From an uncultured Acidobacteriota bacterium (GTDB lineage Bacteria; Acidobacteriota; Thermoanaerobaculia; UBA5066), in contig CAWIUK010000010.1 in the NCBI GenBank assembly GCA_963839295.1, forward strand, positions 160,101-224,100: DNA of 64,000 bases. The letters are read 5' to 3'. A program made the translations under genes and the position numbers. The notes under the pieces are model-generated. The model was not told where the DNA came from and made no database searches. It worked only from the letters and a program-made list of their open reading frames with translations. This document shows positions 37,301-47,272 of the stretch, one piece after another (position 1 is the stretch's first letter; the number at the start of each line of letters is the position of its first letter).

Positions 37301-40300
37301 ATGAATGCGTCCTCGATGACCAAACCCCGCTCCGCACGAGTCCTCGGCGCGGCCGCAGCGCTGATTCTCGGCTCGCTCGCCTTTGCACCGGGCCGGGCCG
37401 ACGGCCAGTCGCAGTCGGCGTGCACGCTCACGGCGTCGCCGACGAAGTTCGAGGCGTATCCGCCCGGCGCGGCGCGCCCCGGCACGCTGGCGGCCACCTT
37501 CAGCTCGGCGCTCGTCCTCTTCCAGAACGCCGCCGGCGCGAACCGGATGATGATGAACGAGACGTTCGGGTACTCGATCCTCGACCTGACGAACCCGGCG
37601 AGCCCGTACGCGCTCAAGTACGACGACTTCCGCTTCGACCCCGCGAGCTCGACGACGAACCCCCTCACGCAGTCCGGCGACGGCCAGAGCGCGATCCAGA
37701 CGTTCGGCGTCTCGCCCGACGGCCAGCGCGCGGCGATCGCCGTCAACGGGCCCTTCGGCGCGTGGAACACGCTCGCGGCCCGGTCGGACGGGGGCGACGG
37801 GTTCGGCCTCTGGGGCGACTTTCCGCCGAGCCGGCCCTACGGCACGGTGGTCCAGCACGTCAACGGGCGGTACATCGCGTACGCGGTCCACCAGTCGAAC
37901 GGCATGACGGCGGCGGACATCACCACGCTCCCGACGTCCGTTCCCCAGCCGCTCCCGAGTCTGAACATCCCGTACGACCAGACGGCCCTGCCGCCGGCCT
38001 ACGCGCCGCCTCTCCTCCTCAAGGGGAACTACCTCGTCTACCGGACGGGAACGTACCCCAACGCGGCCGTCACGGTCATCGACGCCTCGAACCCGGGGAA
38101 CCCGGGCGCGATCGCGTCGGCGTTCAAGACGGTCTCGATCCCGTACCTGACGAGCGACCCGAACCACCGCGCGCCGGCCAACTTCACGGCGGCGCTCGAC
38201 CCCGGGGACGCGACGAAGCTCTGGATCCTCATCGAGGTGAGCGCCGCGAGCGGCGAGAAGGCTCCGAGCTACGGCCTCGTCGCGGTCACGAAGGACGGGA
38301 CGGGCAACCTCACGGCGGCGGCCGCCCCTGGCCTCTTCGGGGTCCCGTGGCAGCCCGCCGAGACCTGGGGGAACGCCGGTTACGCTTCGGCGCTCGTCGC
38401 GCAGAACGGGAATCTCTTCGTCGTCATGTGGGCGCAGCGCTCCCTGCCGAGCCAGCAGTTCGGGTTCTACGCGACCACGGCCTCCGCCTGGACACAGACC
38501 CCACCGGCAGGCCTTCCGTTCCAGCAGGTGGCCGCGCCCGGCTTCAACCTCCCCGCGACCAACGCGTCGGCGCTCGGGGGCGGCGGCGTCGCTCCCGCGG
38601 CGAACGTCTTCCAGTACTTCCCGACGGGCCTCGCCGCCTACGCCGATCCCGCTCGCGTGCGCGCCCGTCAACCCGAAGGCGACGAGCACGCTCACGGCGC
38701 ACGTCCGTACGGCGTCGCGGTCCCGAACAACGGCACGGTGTTCATCGGCGACGAGGTGGACATCACCGCCGGCCGTCGTCCCGCCGCCGATCGCAGACCC
38801 CGCTGGTTGGCGGCGGCGGGTGGTCAACTGCGGCTGGAACTTCGACTTCGACTTCCACTCGGGCGCCGCGCTCGAGGACGCCGGCGCGACGCCGCGAATC
38901 AAGCTCCCGACAACGCCGCGTTCGGCAGTCCGGGTCCGACCCCGTCCTCGCCATCTTCCTCGTCGGACCGTGCGACCCGGCATACACGGACTTCCGGCTT
39001 CCCCGTCGACCGGGACCGGTGCTGGACAGTCGGTCCTGAGCAACGCCTCCACCGGCGGCTCCGGACTTCACAGGGGCCGAAGCAGCCGGGACGTCGAAGC
39101 CCACGACGCATCGCGATGGAGGCGCAACAACCAGTACGGGACGAGCGGCACGGCGACGTTCACGATCAACTGGAAGGTCCCGGCCGCGAAGGTCGCGTCC
39201 ACGCAGATCCTCGTCGGCGCGCCTCGCTCGTCGAGCGCGTCGGACGGCCACCCGACGCGAACGGGTACAAGTGGTATTTCGGCGACACGCCGACGAACTC
39301 TCACGGTCTGCTCACCGGCGAGCTGCGACGGACTGCTTCGTGCGTCCCGTCGCGAACCAGCCGTCGGGACGCACTACTACTGGCTGACGGCGACATACGC
39401 CAACGGCTTCTCGACGCCGGACTACGACGGGCACGACGACGTCGGCCTGCCGTTCACGATCGCGAACTTCGTCGCCGGCGTTCACGGTCAACGGCTCCGC
39501 GTGCGGCCCCATCACCGCGCTCGATCAACAACCCCGTCAACGTCGTCAACAACTCGCAGCGCGGCAGCGGGATCACGCGCGACGTACCAGTACAGCCTCT
39601 GCCGCCGGCGGGTCCGTGCGCGGACAACTACCTCCCGTTCACGATCAACGACTCCTCCGGGGCGACGGGCACGATCCCGATCCCGGCAACGACCGGCGAC
39701 ATACGCCCTCAAGATCAAGGCGACGTACACGGGTGGGACGGGCGGAACGGTGTCCTGGCCTGACCCGGCCGGCGCCGCGTACTTCACGGTCAACGCCGTG
39801 AACATCCCCGCGACCACGGTTTCCTCGATCATCCCGAACCCCGTTCCCGCCGGCAGCAACGTCACGCTGACGTGCTCGGCGGTCGGCGGGTCCGGGTCTT
39901 ACACGGGATGGGCGTGGTACAGCAACGGAAACCAGGTCAGCACGCAGAATCCGTACACGTTCACGGCGACGAACGGCGGGACCGACGCGACGTCACGTAT
40001 CCGGTGACGTGCACCGCGACCGACAGCAACGGGCAGACGAGCCAGCAGAGCCCCGTCGCGAACGCTGACGATCCTCCACTCCGTCAAGCCCGTGGTCTCG
40101 GCATCCGTCAACCCGTCCAACATCGTGGGCGGCCAGTCCGCCACGTTCACGTGCAGCGCGACCGGCGGGACGGGGAGTTACACGCTCTACCAGTGGGCCA
40201 CGGGCCTTCGGAGTGGTCTCGGGCCAGAACCAGAGCACGTACGCGGTCACGATCAACGAATACGACGGGCTCGACGATGACCCAGCAGCTCTCCTGCAGC

Positions 40301-42763
40301 GTGACGGACACCGCGAGCGCGGTCGGCACGTCGTCGTCGCCTGCAACCCTGACGATCACGTCGTCCACCTCGGGACCGCCGAGCGGCGGCGCGCTGGCGG
40401 TGACGGCGAGCGCGACGCCGAACCCCGTGCCGGGCGGCCAGTCGAGCACGTTCTCGTGCTCGGCGAGCGGCGGGACGCCTCCCTACAACTACGCGTGGAC
40501 CGTGCCCGGGCTGCCCGGGAGCATCGCGGGTCCGCAGGTCACCTACCCCACGACCAACGTGTCGACGACGCAGACCGCGCAGATCGCCTGCACGGCGAGT
40601 GACTCCGGGGGTCACAACGGAACGTCCATCGTCACGCTGACGATCAATCCTTCGGGTCCGCCCTGTCCGTCGATGGACTTCACGGTGCTTCGGAACGGCT
40701 TCGCGCTCGCGCCGCCGATGGCCTCGAACGCGGGAGAAACCCTGGTCTTCTCGGTCTCGTCGGGCTTCGCGGCGGGCTCCGCGCCGTCGTACAAGTGGGA
40801 CTTCGGCGACGGCAGCCCGACCGTTTCCGGCGCGGACGCGACGTACGAGACGCACGCGTTCACCGCCGCGGGCACGTACACGGTCACGCTCCAGCCGACG
40901 AACTCGCTCGGCCTCTACTGCGGGGGCAAGTCGTACCAGATCACGGTCGCCGGGCCGAGCGGCAACTTCACGCCCTCCTACGACGACGGGTCGATCTTCG
41001 TCACGACGAACGTGACCGCAGGCAAGGTCGTGCGCTTCACGGCGGCCGAGCCCTCCGCGGATTCCTACGACTGGGACTTCGGCGACGGGACGGCCCACGG
41101 GACGGGACCGACCGTGCTGCACATCTTCGCCGCCGGGACGCCGGCCGTGACGCTCCACGTTTCGAAGGGCGGCGCCACGGCGACGTCGACGCCGCTCACG
41201 CTCACCGTGATCGCGCCCCCCGAGCCCCCGAAGTGGGTCGTGCCGGGCATGGCCTACGTGCAGGGGCAGGTCGCGGGCACGACCTGGCAGTCCGACGTGA
41301 CGATCATGAACCCCTCGACGCTCGCGGCGACCTACTCGGTCGCGCTGCTCGACGCGCGCCACCCCGTCACCGACTACTCGCAGCTGTCGTGGACGACGTT
41401 CACGGTGCCGGCGCTCGGCACCATCTCCGACTCCAACGTCCTTCCCGACGTCTTCGGCCAGCCGCTCGGGGCGTACGGCGCCCTCATGGTGCGCGGAGAC
41501 CTCGCGCCGCTGCCGCCGGTCATCACGGCGCGCACGTTCAACAACGGCGATCCGACGAAGGGCACGTTCGGCCTGTCGGTGCCGCAGTCGTCCGTTGCGG
41601 GCGGCGTCTCGACGCAGGCGGCGCCCGCCGCGTCGGTCCTGATCGGCCTCAAGCAGAATGCGGCCGCGTACACGAATCTCGGCCTCGTGAACCTCCACAA
41701 CGACTGGGCGACGGTCGAGCTCGACTTCTCCGACGGGACCTCGGCCGCCGATCTCGGCACGCTGACCGTGCAGATCAACCCCTACCAGTCGTACCAGATC
41801 AACAAGGCCCTGCAGGACGGCCGCCTCGTGGCGGGCGCGGGCTTCTTCGGCACGAACGGCCCCCCGACGAGCGACCTGTACACCGTCAAGGTGAAGGTGC
41901 TCGAGGGCACCGCGGTCTACCCGTACGCGACCGTCATCGACACGGCTTCGACCGACGCGACCGTCGTGACGCCGACGGCGAGCCCGTCGAATTCCTACCG
42001 CCTTCCGGGCATCGTCCGGCTGACGGGCGCAAACGGCGAGAAGTTCCGCAGCCGGGTCACGATTTCGAACCCGTCGTTCGCGTCGCGGACGGTCCACCTC
42101 GTCTTCTCGTACGTCGCCTGCAAGGGAGGCGTCTGCGCGAACCCCACGACGAACTTCGTCGACGTCAAGATGTCCCCGGCGCAGACGCAGACGTGGGACG
42201 ACTTCGTCAGGGTCTGGCTCACCGCCAACCTCATCCCCGTGGACGACGCGGCGAGCTACCAGACCTCGTTCCTCGACGTCTCGCCCGCGCCCGGCGACAC
42301 GAATTCCGACCCGCTCGTCGTCATCGGCGAGACGTACAACGACCTCGGCCTGGCGACCGACGGCGCGTCGAACGGCCACGTCGGGCTCCAGATCCCGGGT
42401 TACACGCCGCTCGACGGCGCGAGCTCGACGGGCGCGTACAAGCGCCTCGCCTTGACGGGGCTCGCATCCACGGCGAGCACGAGGAGCAACCTCGTCCTCT
42501 TCGTCATCGGCGGCGCGACGGGCAAGTGGGCGAACATCCACCTGTACTCGCCGGAGGGCACGCTGCTCAGGAGCATTCCGGTTCCCGTGGACGGCTTCAC
42601 GGTGTCGAACGGGACGCTCTTCTCCGGCCTCTCCGGCGACCTGAGCCGGGTCTCGGCGGTCATCGACAACATCGACGCCGGCGTGACCGTGGGCGCCTAC
42701 GCGACGATCATCGACAACAAGTCGGGCGACTCCACGTTCGTGAGGGCGACGCCCGTCCCCTGA
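37301..42763 (+). pseudogene. Giant secreted surface protein: LVIVD-type beta-propeller + Ig-like/PKD repeats + duplicated C-terminal ~250-aa module. The reading frame is broken about 20 times in the middle
   Basis: Signal peptide MNASSMTKPRSARVLGAAAALILGSLAFAPGRADG. LVIVD-like motifs (YSILDLTNPASP, VTVIDASNPGNP). PKD signatures (YKWDFGDGSP, YDWDFGDGTA). The frame is clean over 37301-38640 and 40275-42763, both in the same frame. Between these, protein-like sequence hops among all three frames. Track ORFs 37226..39763, 38820..40007, 40092..40280, 40213..40602 and 39872..42763 are pieces of it. Confidence 0.8.
38640..40275 (+). other. Frameshift-dense segment inside the giant surface-protein gene
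   Basis: Protein-like segments alternate between frames. Examples: IPLACAPVNPKATSTLTAHV (f0), RPYGVAVPNNGTVFIGDEVDIT (f2), VVNCGWNFDFDFHSGAALEDAGA (f0), DPVLAIFLVGPCDPAYTDF (f1), NNQYGTSGTATFTINWKVPAAKVASTQILVG (f0). Further examples: DANGYKWYFGDTPTNSHGLLTG (f2), THYYWLTATYANGFSTPDYDG (f0), FTVNGSACGPITAL (f1), INNPVNVVNNSQRGSGIT (f2), and so on. Confidence 0.85.
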
Positions 42764-42789
42764 TCCCCCCGAAGGAACCGCGCGTGACC

Positions 42790-42823
42790 AGGCCCGGACC
42801 CCGCGTCCGGGCCTGACGTTTTC
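42790..42823 (+). terminator. Rho-independent terminator candidate
   Basis: AGGCCCGGA-CCCCGCG-TCCGGGCCT followed by GACGTTTTC, 27 nt after the giant gene stop. Confidence 0.6.
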
Positions 42824-42865
42824 GGGGCCGGGGGAACCGGGGTGCGGCTAACATTCCGGCGACCG

Positions 42866-44078
42866 ATGCCCGAGACCCCCACGGCGTACTCCTTCAGGAA
42901 TCTCTCGAAGGTCTACCGCCTCTACGCCGCGCCGCGCGACCGCCTCCTCGAGGCCCTCACGGGCCGGTCGCGGCACGCCGAGGTGCACGCGCTCCGGAAC
43001 GTCTCCGGGGTCGATCGAGAAGGGCGCCGTCCTCGGCGTCATCGGCGAGAACGGCTCCGGCAAGAGCACGCTGTTCAAGATCCTCGCGGGCACGACGGCC
43101 GCGACGTCGGGCTCGGTGAACATCTCCGGACGGATCGCGTCGATCCTCGAGCTGGGCTCGTCCTTCCACCCGGACGACACGGGCCGCCGCAACGTGATCC
43201 TGCAGGCGGCGCTCGCGGGCCTCTCGCGCGAGGAGGTGGCCGACGCGCTCCCCGAGATCGAGGAGTTCGCCGAGCTCGGCGACTTCTTCGACCGGCCGGT
43301 GAAGACGTACTCCTCGGGCATGCAGATGCGGCTCGCGTTCGCGGTCGCGACCGCGGTCCTCCCGGACGTGATCCTCCTCGACGAGGCGCTCGCGGTCGGC
43401 GACGGGCGCTTCCAGAAGAAGTGCGTGGACCGGATCTTCGAGCTCAAGGCCTCCGGGAAGACGATCTTCTTCTGCAGCCACGCGATGTACTACGTCTCGA
43501 CGCTCTGCGACCGCGCCCTGTGGCTCAACGCGGGCCGCGTCGAAGCCGACGGGAGCGCGCAGACCGTCGTCCTCGAGTACGAGCGGTTCCTCGCGCGGAA
43601 GGACCGCGCGGTGCCGCCGCACGGGGCCGAGGCGGCCGTCCCCGCCGGGACGCACGCCAAGCTGCGCGAGGTCGTCGTGACCGGGGCGGACGGGACGCCG
43701 AAAGAGGAGTTCCGGCCCGGCGAGCCGTGGGCGGTCGAGCTGGAGTTCGCCGCGGACGAGCCGGCCCGGCCGCTGCAGATCCACCTCGCCGTCTCGTCGC
43801 GGGACAACGTCGTCTGCTTCTCGGCGGATTCCCGCCTCGACGGGTCGGGCCCGTTCGTCGGGCAGGGCGTCTACCGCGTCCGCATCGGCATCGACTCCCT
43901 GCCGCTCGGCAAGGGGGAGTTCGTCGTCTACGCGTACGTCGGCGACGAGCACGGCCTCGCGCTCTTCGACGCGCGGAGCGACCGCACGTTCCGCGTCGAG
44001 TCGGACACGTGGCGGAGCGGCCTCCTGACCCTCCCGGCGGTGTGGCGCACGCTCGCCCCGCACGGCGGCCCCGCGTGA
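42866..44078 (+). pseudogene. wzt: O-antigen/polysaccharide export ABC ATPase with C-terminal carbohydrate-binding-type extension, interrupted by a +1 frameshift
   Basis: The N-terminus (MPETPTAYSFRNLSKVYRLYAAPRDRLLEALTG...ALRNVSG) is in one frame. After the GGGG run at 43007-43010, the sequence continues in the +1 frame: SIEKGAVLGVIGENGSGKSTLFKIL (Walker A), YSSGMQMRLAFA, ILLDEALAVGD. A ~165-aa beta-rich C-terminal domain follows. Confidence 0.8.
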
Positions 44079-45076
44079 AGATCGTCTACGTTCTCGACTC
44101 GCTCGGGCTCTCGGGCGGCGTGAAGGTCGTCGTCGAGCAGGCGGAAGGGCTGCGCGCGCGAGGCCACGACGTGACGCTCGTGACCCGCGAGGCGGAGCAC
44201 GGATGGCTCGACATCGGCGTTCCGGTCGTCGAGGTGCCCGTGTTCGACCGGACGACGCTTCCGGAGGCGGACGTCCACGTCGCGACGTGGTTCCCGACGG
44301 TCGCCCCCACCGTCCGGGCCCGGCGCGCGCGCCGCGTCTTCCATTTCTGCCAGGGCTACGAGGCTCCCCACCCGCACACGCTCCACCGCCTGGACGAGAT
44401 CGACGAGGCCTACCGCCAGCCGATCCCGAAGCTCCTCGTGTCGGCCCACCTCGAGTCCATCCTCGCCCCGCGCTACCCCGGGACGTACCACGTGCTCCCG
44501 CAGGCGATCCCGGCGAAGGACTTCGCGCCGTCGGACCCCCAGCGCGCCGCGCCGCACCGGCCGCCGGTCGTGGGCGTCACGGGACTGTTCGAGGCGCCGC
44601 TCAAGGGCGTCGCGGTCGCCCTGCGCGCCGTCGCGAAGCTGCGCGAGGCCGGACGCGACGTGCGTCTCTTCCGCTCGAGCTCGCAGCCGCCGTCGGACGC
44701 CGAGCGCAGCCTTCTCCTCGCGGACGTGTACGGCCACATGCTCCCGGCCCACGTGATGCCGATCTGGTACCACGCGTGCGACGTGCTCCTGCACCCGTCC
44801 TTCGACGCCGAGGGGTTCCCGCTCCCGCCGCTCGAGGCGATGGCCGCCGGAGTCCCGGTCGTCCTCACGGACATCCCGTCCTTCCGGGTCTTCGCGGACG
44901 ACGTGGTCTCGCGGGTCCCTCCCGGCGACGCCTCGGGAATGGCGCGCGAGACGGCGCGGCTCCTCGACGAGCCGTGGCTCTGGGCGACGCGCCGGGCGAA
45001 GGGAATCGAGGTGTCGCAGGCGTTCTCGCTCGACCGCGTCCTCGACCGGCTCGAGCGCATCTTCTCGGAAGGCTAG
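44075..45076 (+). CDS. Glycosyltransferase family 4 (GT-B)
   Basis: GTG 44075 (GTGA overlap with the wzt stop). VKIVYVLDSLGLSGGVKVVVEQAEGLRARGHDVTLV... and EGFPLPPLEAMAAGVPVV (GT4 E-x7-E region). 333 aa. Confidence 0.85.
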   Translation: MKIVYVLDSLGLSGGVKVVVEQAEGLRARGHDVTLVTREAEHGWLDIGVPVVEVPVFDRTTLPEADVHVATWFPTVAPTVRARRARRVFHFCQGYEAPHPHTLHRLDEIDEAYRQPIPKLLVSAHLESILAPRYPGTYHVLPQAIPAKDFAPSDPQRAAPHRPPVVGVTGLFEAPLKGVAVALRAVAKLREAGRDVRLFRSSSQPPSDAERSLLLADVYGHMLPAHVMPIWYHACDVLLHPSFDAEGFPLPPLEAMAAGVPVVLTDIPSFRVFADDVVSRVPPGDASGMARETARLLDEPWLWATRRAKGIEVSQAFSLDRVLDRLERIFSEG

Positions 45077-46038
45077 AAGATCTCGTGGTCGCCGAAGCGG
45101 TAGTCGAAGCCCCGGCTCGCGCGGTCGAAGTCGACGCCCGGGTCGAAGGCGCGCATCACGATGGTCGTGTCGGAGGCGCGCGGCGAGAAGCCCATCTCCG
45201 GCCCGCGCGCCGCGAGACCCGAGCGCGAGGCGGCCCTCAGCTCGAGCGTCTTCACGGGCGTGCCGCGCAGGGAATCCGAGATCGCGTCCAGGAGGTCGAC
45301 GAGGACGCCGGAACGTTCGTCGTCGGCCTGAAGGTCTACGAGGAGCGCCCGGTCGGCGACGAGGCGGACGACGGCGTACGCGCGGGAGCGGCCGCGCCGG
45401 TCGAGCACCTGCCACGTCCGGTAGGGGACGCCGGGGCGCGCCCCGTAGCGCCAGTTCAGGACGCTCCGCGAGCGGTCGGTGCGCCAGCCCGGGCGCGCGT
45501 GGAGGATCTCGGCGAGCGCGTCGTGGGGCGCGCCGAACGGTTCGCCGGCCGCAATCCGCAGGAAGCGCCGCCGGAGGCGCGCGAGGGCCGACGCGGGCGC
45601 GAGGGGCTTCACCCACTCCGTCACGGGCTCGACGATCTTGTAGTCGCCCGTCCTCACGCCGACGAGGACGTGACGCTGGTGGGGAAACCCGAATCCGAAC
45701 GGGATTCCGGCCTCGTGGCACTGGCGGTACCACTCGAAGACGAGCGTCCTGAAGATGCTCTGGCGGCCGAGCCTGCGCGCCTTCGGGTCCGTCATGACGT
45801 CGGTGGCCGAGACGCCGGGGTACGACCCCTCGGCCCCGCGGTACCGCGTCCCCCAGCTTCCGTAGAAACCGACGAGGCTCCCGTCCGCGAACGCGACGAT
45901 CGACGGGGCCGGGTTCGGGTTGCGGCCGTACTTCCAGTCCCACGTGTCGACGTCGACGGGGCTCCCGAAGGCGGCCGGGAAGAGCGCGAAGACGGCGGGC
46001 CGGTCGGCTTCGGCGGCCCGGCGGACGGATACGGCCAT
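45073..46038 (-). CDS. GNAT-family acyltransferase (two-domain, Eis/FemAB-like layout)
   Basis: 321 aa. MAVSVRRAAEADRPAVFALFPAAFG...TDVMTDPKARRLGRQSIF (GNAT motif A-like). Its stop shares the palindrome CTAG (45073-45076) with the convergent GT4 gene. Confidence 0.72.
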   Translation of the reverse strand: MAVSVRRAAEADRPAVFALFPAAFGSPVDVDTWDWKYGRNPNPAPSIVAFADGSLVGFYGSWGTRYRGAEGSYPGVSATDVMTDPKARRLGRQSIFRTLVFEWYRQCHEAGIPFGFGFPHQRHVLVGVRTGDYKIVEPVTEWVKPLAPASALARLRRRFLRIAAGEPFGAPHDALAEILHARPGWRTDRSRSVLNWRYGARPGVPYRTWQVLDRRGRSRAYAVVRLVADRALLVDLQADDERSGVLVDLLDAISDSLRGTPVKTLELRAASRSGLAARGPEMGFSPRASDTTIVMRAFDPGVDFDRASRGFDYRFGDHEIF

Positions 46039-46073
46039 GAGCCGATCGAGTCTAGCGCGGCGGGCGTGCGCCC

Positions 46074-47141
46074 GTGATCTCGTTCGTCGTCGTCGACTAC
46101 CGCTCGTCCGCGCTCGCGCGGCGCGCGGCCGCGTCCTTCCGGGCGGCCGCGCGCGAGGCCGGCGTGGACGCCGAGGTCGTCGCCGTGGACAACTCCGGCG
46201 AGGCGGGCGCCCTCGCGGCGCACGTCGACCGGCTCGTGGCGCCGGGCCGGAATCTCGGCTTCGCCGGCGGCCTCAACGCGGGCGTTCGCGCCTCGCGCGG
46301 CGGGACGCTGCTCCTCGGGAACCCGGATCTCGTCTTCGGACGCGGCTCGGTCGCCGCGCTCGTCGACGCGCTCGCGCGCGAGGGGGACGGCGCGGCGGCC
46401 GGACCGGCCCTCTTTCACGACGAGGGGACGACGATCCTGCTCCCGCCGGCCGAGGAGCCGACGCCGATGGACCTCGCCCGCCGCCGCCTCTCGATGGATC
46501 CGGCGACGGCGGAGGGCCCTTTCCGGCGCCGCCTGCGGCGGGTGCTCCGGGTCCACGCCGCGGTCGCGCGGGGGGCCGCGCTCCGCGCCGAGGCGCTGTC
46601 GGGCGCGCTCATCGCCACGACGCGGCGCACGCTCGAGCGCGTCGGAGAGTTCGACGAACGGTACCGGCTCTACTACGAGGAGAACGACTGGCAGAGGCGC
46701 CTGAGGGCGCGCGGAGGACGGCTCGTCTTCGCCGCCGGATCCCGCGTCGTCCACGCCTGGTCCCAGAGCACGCGGCTCGAGCCGCGCGCCGCCGCGTGGT
46801 TCGCGGACTCCGAGCGCCTCTACTTCGGCGAGCACTTCGGAGCCCGGGGCCTCGCCGGGCTCGAGGCGCTCGCGCAGGCGCCGCCGTGGACGAGGCCGGC
46901 GCCCCCGCCGCTCCGCGGGGCGCTCTCGTGGCGCGCTTCCGGAGACGCCGGGATCGCCATTTCGCCGCTGCCGTGGTTCGCGCCGTTCGGCTGGGTGAAG
47001 CTGCCTTCCGGGGCCTCGGAGTGGGCGCCGCCGCCCGAGTACGCGCAGCTCCTCCCGGGGACCCTGTACGTGCGCGCCGTGGACCCGTCGACCGGCGCGG
47101 TCCTCGCCGAGGCGACGATCGCGGCGGCGCCGGCGACCTGA
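46074..47141 (+). CDS. Glycosyltransferase family 2 (rhamnosyltransferase-like)
   Basis: 355 aa. ISFVVVDYRS...VVAVDNSGE...GRNLGFAGGLNAG...NPDLVF...YYEENDW (GT2 fold with DxD-type and ED motifs). Confidence 0.8.
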   Translation: MISFVVVDYRSSALARRAAASFRAAAREAGVDAEVVAVDNSGEAGALAAHVDRLVAPGRNLGFAGGLNAGVRASRGGTLLLGNPDLVFGRGSVAALVDALAREGDGAAAGPALFHDEGTTILLPPAEEPTPMDLARRRLSMDPATAEGPFRRRLRRVLRVHAAVARGAALRAEALSGALIATTRRTLERVGEFDERYRLYYEENDWQRRLRARGGRLVFAAGSRVVHAWSQSTRLEPRAAAWFADSERLYFGEHFGARGLAGLEALAQAPPWTRPAPPPLRGALSWRASGDAGIAISPLPWFAPFGWVKLPSGASEWAPPPEYAQLLPGTLYVRAVDPSTGAVLAEATIAAAPAT

Positions 47142-47272
47142 CCGCCGCCCCGGGGATCGTCCCGAGAATTCGTCTCAACGTTAGGCAGAAGGGGGGTGCC
47201 GCACTCCCCGCGTAACGTGTCCGCTTCCCGGGCCTCAGGAGTACCGGCGGAGCTCCATCTAAAGGAGAGTAT

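Noticed and set aside
38640-40275. Frame-hopping region as a diversity-generating retroelement target or a programmed frameshift site
   Set aside because: The window has no reverse transcriptase and no template repeat. The changes are indels rather than adenine-specific substitutions. About 20 mixed +1/-1 shifts cannot be decoded by any known programmed mechanism. I kept it as a finding about disruption or assembly quality only.
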